Below, one piece after another: positions 57,087 to 64,000 of a DNA stretch of 64,000 nucleotides (position 1 is its first letter; each line of letters begins with the position of its first letter). This DNA comes from Eledone cirrhosa (taxonomy: Eukaryota): positions 89,218,001 to 89,282,000 of the forward strand of contig OZ024746.1 in assembly GCA_964016885.1 (NCBI GenBank). The letters are read 5' to 3'. The translations under genes were made by a program, and so were the position numbers. The notes under the pieces were generated by a model. That model was not told the origin of the DNA. It saw only the letters and a program-made list of their open reading frames with translations, and ran no database searches.

Positions 57087-57262
57087 GCTACCAGTGCCAG
57101 CAAGATGGTTGGGTAACATCCACGAGCTTGGCTGGTCTCGCGTGGGGATCCAGCCAAATCAGTTGGAGACAGTTGTTTTTGACAGGACCCGCTAGAAGGG
57201 AGTGTTTGAAGAATCTGTCCCCATAACCCTCTTGAGAATGCGTGGGCGAAGAAGAAGAAAAG
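57087..57262 (+). mobile_element. RTE LINE 3' end fragment
   Basis: PARWLGNIHELGWSRVGIQPNQLETVVFDRTR, then a GAAGAAGAAGAA tail. Confidence 0.7.
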
Positions 57263-57639
57263 TGCCAAGTATGGTGGCGTCATTGGAATAGTGTATTATA
57301 TTTGAATATATCAAGTAAATCCATTTTCAGCGATTAGTTCCTTAGCTGATTGTGGTTTTTGAGCATTGCTACCATTTATTACTATATCTCAGTTAAAGCT
57401 AGTCATTCAGATATGCCTCAAAGTATGAAATCCTATCTTACTTAGGAAATATGTATGGGGCACATTATTGAATGTATTTCTATACGCAATATGTCTGAAT
57501 AAAGTTTGGGTTTACTAGGCAAGAGTTGGAGCGGCAATTCATTGACTGTAGTGTAATTGAGGTTAAGAAATAAGGAAACACCATGCGTCAGTGAATCAAA
57601 ATTTCTGTTATGTGTTACAAATGACAAATATGAAGAATG

Positions 57640-58806
57640 CTGAAATAGCACGGGCAAGTCAAGTCTATGCCCATTTGAAGTGCATGGTGAGACTTGACAA
57701 GAACATGAGTGGCCATTTCACAGTGTCGGGGTAGGCAGGAGTGCATCCTTCCTCCATTGTTGTTCAATATTTCCCTGGATGTGATTATGAGTAGGGCAGA
57801 AGACGGCTTCCAAAGAAGTTTGCGGATACTGAGGCTACTGCTGAACAATCTCATATCTGTTGTCGACATCACCATAATGACTGTGACATGTGCAAAAGAT
57901 CTGCATGAACTAACATGGAGAAAGAGAATCGAAGGAATTTGGTATGGAAATATGGGCTGAGAACGGCGAAGTATTTGTGGTGTGGGAGAAAAACAAGAAA
58001 CTGATCAAGATTGATGAAATGGAACTAGAGATCATGAGACAATTGAAGTACTTAGGCTGTATCATATCAAAGTTTGGCAAGTCATCTAACGAGTTGAAGT
58101 CAACAACTGAGATCGCGATAACATCTTTGAACAGACTGGACAACATCCTAAAGAATCGTAACTTGAACTTCAAATTCAAACTGAGGCTGAAATCAATAGT
58201 GATAAATGTGCAACTGTATGTATATGGATGCTGGATATACAATGACTAAGTGAACCGGAGGATCAATGTATTTGTGATGGAATAATGGGAAAAACAAACC
58301 AAAGAATAGGGTCGAGAACAAGCGAAAGGAAAAACTGGTGCAGCAGAAATCTCGGCTGAGGATAGCACAATGAGGATAGCTGAAGTATTTTGGACGTGAG
58401 ACACTCAAACATATGGGATTGGCGAGCATTATGATTCATGGCGGTGGATTGGCAGTATCGGTAGAGATCGGACGCCATGCTTTGTAGCACAGAGTTACGG
58501 CCCTTTACGATCTGAGTTCAAATCCCGCCGAGGTTAACTTTGCCTTTCATCCTTACGGGGTCGATAAAATAAAGTACAAGAAATATACTGGGTAATTGCT
58601 GGCTTTGTGCCAAAAGTAGAAACAATTATGATACATGGACGTGTGCCAGGCAACAGGGGAAGATGGAGCCAAGTTGTTGGATGAGTGGCTCTGCGTATGA
58701 ACCGACCGGAGTCCCTGGGAGGCGATCAGAATGGCGAAGGAAGGACAGCTTGGAGGAATTTGCAGTAGGTATCCATGGGAACTTGGAATCTATGATGATG
58801 ATGATG
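57640..58806 (+). mobile_element. Degenerate RTE LINE (RT to 3' end) interrupted by a SINE
   Basis: RQECILPPLLFNISLDVIM, QLKYLGCIIS, KFKLRLKSIV..VQLYVYGC, LKYFG; (ATG)n tail at 58792-58806. Confidence 0.85.
58439..58629 (+). mobile_element. Full-length tRNA-derived SINE inserted in the RTE, with TSD
   Basis: Consensus-like unit; TSD ATTATGAT(T/A)CATGG. Confidence 0.93.
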
Positions 58807-59677
58807 TATTCGTCGGACTGGACGAACTATACACGTGTATTTGTGTGTAGAATTAACTTTATACATGTTTGGGTGCGTTCATGTACGTGTATAGATGTAC
58901 AACACCAAACCAGTCATAACCTTTTTAATAGCTGAGAGCGTTAGACATCATTTTTATTTTGTAAGACGTTTTGCGTTGACCATTCGCTTATATTGTATAA
59001 TAATACGTTTACGTCTTATATTTTAACAACTATTGAACCGTTTATACTAATAATTGTATTGTTAGATGCCTTGCATCTCACTTCAGTGCAGACAGACAAG
59101 TGAATAATGATTTATATAAAGTTATAAACTGTGAAATAACATACACACTCTATTTATTAGATAACATACGTAACGAAAAAAATATGAAAAAAAATACTGC
59201 TGAAAGAATATGTCCCGAAGACCAATACATCGTAATGAGAAATTGTACAATAACAAACGATAAAAATACATATTAGGAAAGCTCGCTGTTTTGGATTGTC
59301 TTTAATGAAATATTTGATCACACTTTGATGTGGAGAAAAATACCCTGAAGAATACTGAATTATTCATGTCTGAAAATGAGATTCGAATTGCCTAAGATGT
59401 CTCCAATATAGAACTTTTTATCTTTTCAATTATCTCCCGATATATTTATCTATTTCTTCATTTATTTCTAACTTTTAAATGAGAGTGTAATATTTAATAA
59501 TTTATACTCCTATAATGAATTGCAATATTACTGAATACAGTATACGGTACATGTAGCTTTATATAATGTATTATAGTAATGAAAGATGTTAAAAATATAT
59601 TTATTTCTCATTAGGAGAAACGGAAACATCAACGATAAATTGCCAATGCAAACTGATCTCGTCTTTAAAATAGGCTG

Positions 59678-59838
59678 TCTCTTTACGTTCTTAGTTCAAA
59701 TCCCACCGTGGTTAGCTTTACCTTTCATCCTTGCGGGGTCGATAAAATAAAGCACCAGTAATGCACTGGGATCCATTTAATCGATATTTCCCTCCCCCAA
59801 AAAATGTTAGCTTTGTGCCTATAGTAGAAACAATTATT
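59678..59838 (+). mobile_element. tRNA-derived SINE, long subfamily, 5'-truncated
   Basis: AGTTCAAATCCC...CTTTCATCCTTGCGGGGTCGATAAAATAAAG...ATTTAATCGATATTTCCCTCCCCC...GTAGAAACAATTAT. Confidence 0.85.
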
Positions 59839-60608
59839 ATCATAATTATAACCATTATTAATGTTGTTGATAATAATCCTTAAAATTATCCTCACAAAAT
59901 TGTTTTTTCTATTTAAATGAACATTTAAGAAAAACACATTCTTTTATAAAGAGGAAATATATTTTAGGCATATCTAAATTAGAACTGCAAACTGTATCAT
60001 TGCAAAGTAAATTCCCCAAGCGATTTATAAATGCAAACTAGATAAATCTACAAATAGTTTTATCTTTTCTCATACAATAATTATTACCGTTAATATATGA
60101 TATATCCTTCTTTTTCTATTGGAACTTGTTTCTTATATCATATCTTCATTACTTTTATATTACTGTTTTCATCGTTTTTTTTTAATTACAGTAATTGCTA
60201 TTTCTAAATTTAGACAGCAATCAAAATAGTTTATTTATAAAACAAGGCTAGTTATGTCGAACAAGTTGATATATTTTAATACACTCAGGAAAGTAATGAA
60301 ATAACGACGTTTCCCAATGTGATTATATCCTTAGGACACATGTTAACTCCACTGTTGCGATTACTATATGGAATATTGTCATATAATGAGGTTATCATAT
60401 CCTATCACAATACCCCAATGGTAAATACATACTTCATATGACGTATCTTAACCTATCTTCGTCAAAACCTATTTGCTAGTGTCAGGTTGGCTGGCGACTG
60501 ACCATCGTTCTTTACTTCCAGATGTTAAGGGGAAATATTTGAACAATCAAATATTTCTCTAGTTAAATGTTCAACACATATGCTTATCAAAACTAATAGC
60601 TAATACAC

Positions 60609-60642
<34 letters not shown>

Positions 60643-62899
60643 TTAATTTTACTGAATATTGGGACTTTCATTCTCGTTACAATATCCAGACGAATTGATG
60701 TCAGCTGACTATGGATAATTAATTTTCTCAATCTAGAATATTTTGGTTGATTCAGAAAATGAAAGGAATCTCTATAAAAAGAAAATACTGAAATACTTGA
60801 ATATTGTGATTGTATGTTTGTAGTTTAACAGTGAGATGCCAGGAAACCATACATATAAATTTGTTTTCAATACACGAGAGTATCCACCATATTATAAAGT
60901 CACAAACTCATTTAAAACTGAAAGTAACAGATATTTGAATAACTTTTGCTAATCCTCAATAATCTTCCAAACTATTCAGAAATATGTTTATGTTTCAACA
61001 TTAATCAATTGAAAAATTGTTTTATATGAATAAGCGTTTGGTTATTCAACAAGTATTGTTCGCAAGTTACGTTTAAATACCAATAAGTTGATATTAATTT
61101 CTGCGGATAACGCCATCTTACATATATCGCATTAGAAATACACAGCGATTATAAACAGTGGCTTCTCTGGAGATATAATGTGAGCATTGAAAAATTAATG
61201 TCGAAACTTGGGATAAGAAAATGCAAAATACTGTCGTTTAATCCTGTATTCTGTTTGAATGCAACAGGAACATAACAAAGGGATAATTTAATTTAATCTC
61301 CTACCATTTCCCTGCCAAACAGAGATATCATAAAATCTTCAACACGTAGGTTGATAAAGTTAAATCTTTTGTATGAAAATTCTCGACAGGTTCTGTACAA
61401 AATCACAATGCTAAACTATTTGCTAGCAAAGTCAACAGGAATACAAGTCCAGTACCTAAATTTAAGTGAGAGAAGTCTGTCAATTGCTCGAAGACGTCAG
61501 TAATATCTTGTGATAAAATACAATTAACAAATCCGCGATTCATATTGAGCTGACTTGACGTAACATTAAGTCATGTATATTTTAAGTATTGCCAGCACTT
61601 TAAAATTATATATATATAGCTTCTCAGAAAAATAACCAAGCTCATGCAGAATATTGATTGTCTATCCCGGACCGCAATAGTATCTTCATATCTAGTTCCT
61701 TTTTCATTTGCGCAAATCTAAAAAAAATATTTCGAAGTTTTGAATAAAAAATCGATGTTTCGAAATATCTCATGGCCCATTAATAAGTTTTTTAAACGCA
61801 TTTTTTGGCTTGATCCAGTAGGACCATGCACTGATGCAATATTTTTCCTGTTCTTTTGTTTTAATTATAGTCAATCGTATTATTATATATCTATATAAAT
61901 ACAGTACCCCAGCATGCATTTAGCCTGTCGACTGGAACACGTAATATATATATATATATTTTTTTTTCCATTCTACCTCTTAGAAGTAACTAGCCCAAAC
62001 CTCCTGAACTCGCGGTGGTCCCTTTGCTTTTGCACACATACACACACACATACCCCCCCCCCATATATATATATATGCATTGCTTTTATAAGCACATTTC
62101 AGTCTTTGCACCAATGTCGGAGAAATGAAAGTCTAAATTATAAAACACGCTGTTGCAGTTATAGCCTGTCATCTCGATATCTATCTTGTCACTCGATAAT
62201 ACCCGGTTAATATGCGTTTATACCCGGTGGGTGAAATGTGTGTTGCACAAGCCCGGCACTTAAATTCAATTATGTGTAGGTCATGTTCTTGCTCTAAAAT
62301 GTTATGTCATAGGTCCTATAGCGATAGGAGAGTAACGCCGGGAGCAGACTTGACACGATGGCGATAGAGGGTCTATTTCCAAATTGCTTTCAAAGATACG
62401 ACTTTAGCTGAATTCGGTGGGATCCTCCGTGTCCGAGCAGCCTTATTTAGCAGAATAGTGATCATCTCTTTTCATGGGAAGTAACTACAAAAGAGGATAG
62501 TGGGTTGTTGGAGTGTATAGCATTCAATGTAATGTTGGAATATAACTAAGGCATTTAATACAAAGTATCAACTTTTGTTGAGATGTTCAACATAATATTA
62601 AAGTCAAGATTAATGTCAATGGTTCCCTCTTTTTATCCAGTTTACGTAGATGCAGTGTGAAGCAAGATGTTCTGGTGTTTGCCTTTCTTTTTGTTGTACT
62701 TTTCAGTCGGTCAGTCAATGCACATTTAGAAGCGGACATCCAGATGGAAATGGATCTTCCTTGTTAAGTGTGGAAGGGTTTTGGTTTAAAAATTAGCTTG
62801 TACAATACAAAGGTTATGTTTACTCCGGCACCTGGTAGTGCATACCGAAATCCAAATAGTTTTATTGATGGGATTCTTTTGGCTGTTGTCAATAACTTT

Positions 62900-64000
62900 A
62901 TGGGAAGTACAATTTCGCGAGATACGTCCAAACTACTATGAAAGGAAGGAAGACATCATAGAATTCTGTAGAAAGTTACGACTCAGTGAAGAACTATTCG
63001 ACCAGTACAATGAGGATGAATCATTAGCCAGAAATAGAAGCAACTACACCCCATCAAAAGGTAGAAATAAAATCCTGGACGAATTATGTGCACACATCAC
63101 AAACTTCCCTTACCAACACTTGCACAGACAAAAACACAAGCCAAACCTCAACAAGAAAGAACGGGAAGAATTAAATAGATTAAAAACCGACACTACTATT
63201 ACAATTAAAGAGGTTAATAAAGGGGGTGCAATAGTCCTAATGGAAACAGAATTCTATATCAACTTAGCGCTCTCCACTTTGGAAAACGAAACATACTACA
63301 AAAAGGCTGAACACTACAATCAACAGAAAATTATGAGAAACCTAAATACTCTGATCAACCAATACAAAGAAGGACTCACTAACAAGGAATCCAGCTTCAT
63401 CACAGACTTCACAAGTAAATCTAGCCTTTTCTACGGTAGCCCTAATGTACATAAAAGCGAATTAATAAGTAAGGCATGCAAGGAAGCCAGAGACATAGTC
63501 ATCAATGATCTCAAATTAAGACCTACAATAGCTGGCCCCGCTTGCAAAACCCAGCGCCTTAGCATCTTCATTGATACCCTTCTCAAGCCTTTTCTCAAAC
63601 ACATTAAAAGCTACATAAGGGACTACCTAGATATGCTCAGCCACCTCCCTAATATACCCCTTACTGAACAAACCCTACTAGTGACGTTCGATGTAGTCAA
63701 CCTATACTACAACATCCCCCACAACCTAGGAATAGAAGCTATCCAATTCTGGCTGGATAATTACCTCAATGAACTCCTACAACGCATCAAAAAAGAATTC
63801 GTGATAGAAGGACTTAAATTTATGTTGGAGAATAATTACTTCGTTTTCAATAACAAATTCTACAGGCAGAAATCTGGGACCGCTATGGGAACGAAAACGG
63901 CCCCCACTTAAGCCAACCTAGTAATGAGATACCTGGAAATCACCCTCTACACTAAAGTACTAAACACGTTTGGAAACACTCTCCACTTACACATAGAAAA
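62900..64000 (+). pseudogene. Penelope-like (Neptune-like) reverse transcriptase, N-terminal part; runs off the window end
   Basis: PNLNKKE, IKEVNKGGAIV (ADKG-like), FYGSPNVHK, LRPTIAG, SYIRD, VTFDVVNLYYNIPH, NYFVFN, QKSGTAMGTKTAPT*ANLVM; in-frame TAA at 63909-63911 replaces a conserved Tyr. Confidence 0.92.

Noticed and set aside
62838-63911. Intact 357-aa host gene or a stop-codon recoding event
   Set aside because: It is a PLE RT fragment; the stop is TAA (not TGA) at a conserved Tyr and other motifs are decayed (VNKG, GSPNVHK), so it is a pseudogene

Overview
AT-rich, microsatellite-dense eukaryotic DNA with no recognisable host protein-coding gene; it looks intergenic or intronic. The SINE families and (TA)n load suggest an octopus or other cephalopod genome (inference). 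Most ORFs in the track are translated microsatellites ([12 protein letters not shown]). The window is a transposable-element graveyard: Penelope-like retroelements (PLEs; three Hydra-type RT/GIY-YIG remnants and one Neptune-like RT), RTE and Tx1 LINE remnants, internally deleted mariner and maT-like elements, Helitron remnants and about 20 tRNA-derived SINEs. The most striking signal is a set of short inserts sitting inside (TA)n tracts that carry whole or half hammerhead-ribozyme (HHR) motifs. Many are fold-back palindromes with the layout (TA)n - inverted arm - centre - arm + unique tail - (TA)n. In eight cases the fold-back centre or 5' truncation point falls at the HHR core or stem II. This suggests (inference) a PLE-driven, (TA)n-targeted system in which the ribozyme hairpin stalls or snap-back-primes reverse transcription. 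All alignments and folds were done by eye and coordinates may be off by a few bases.
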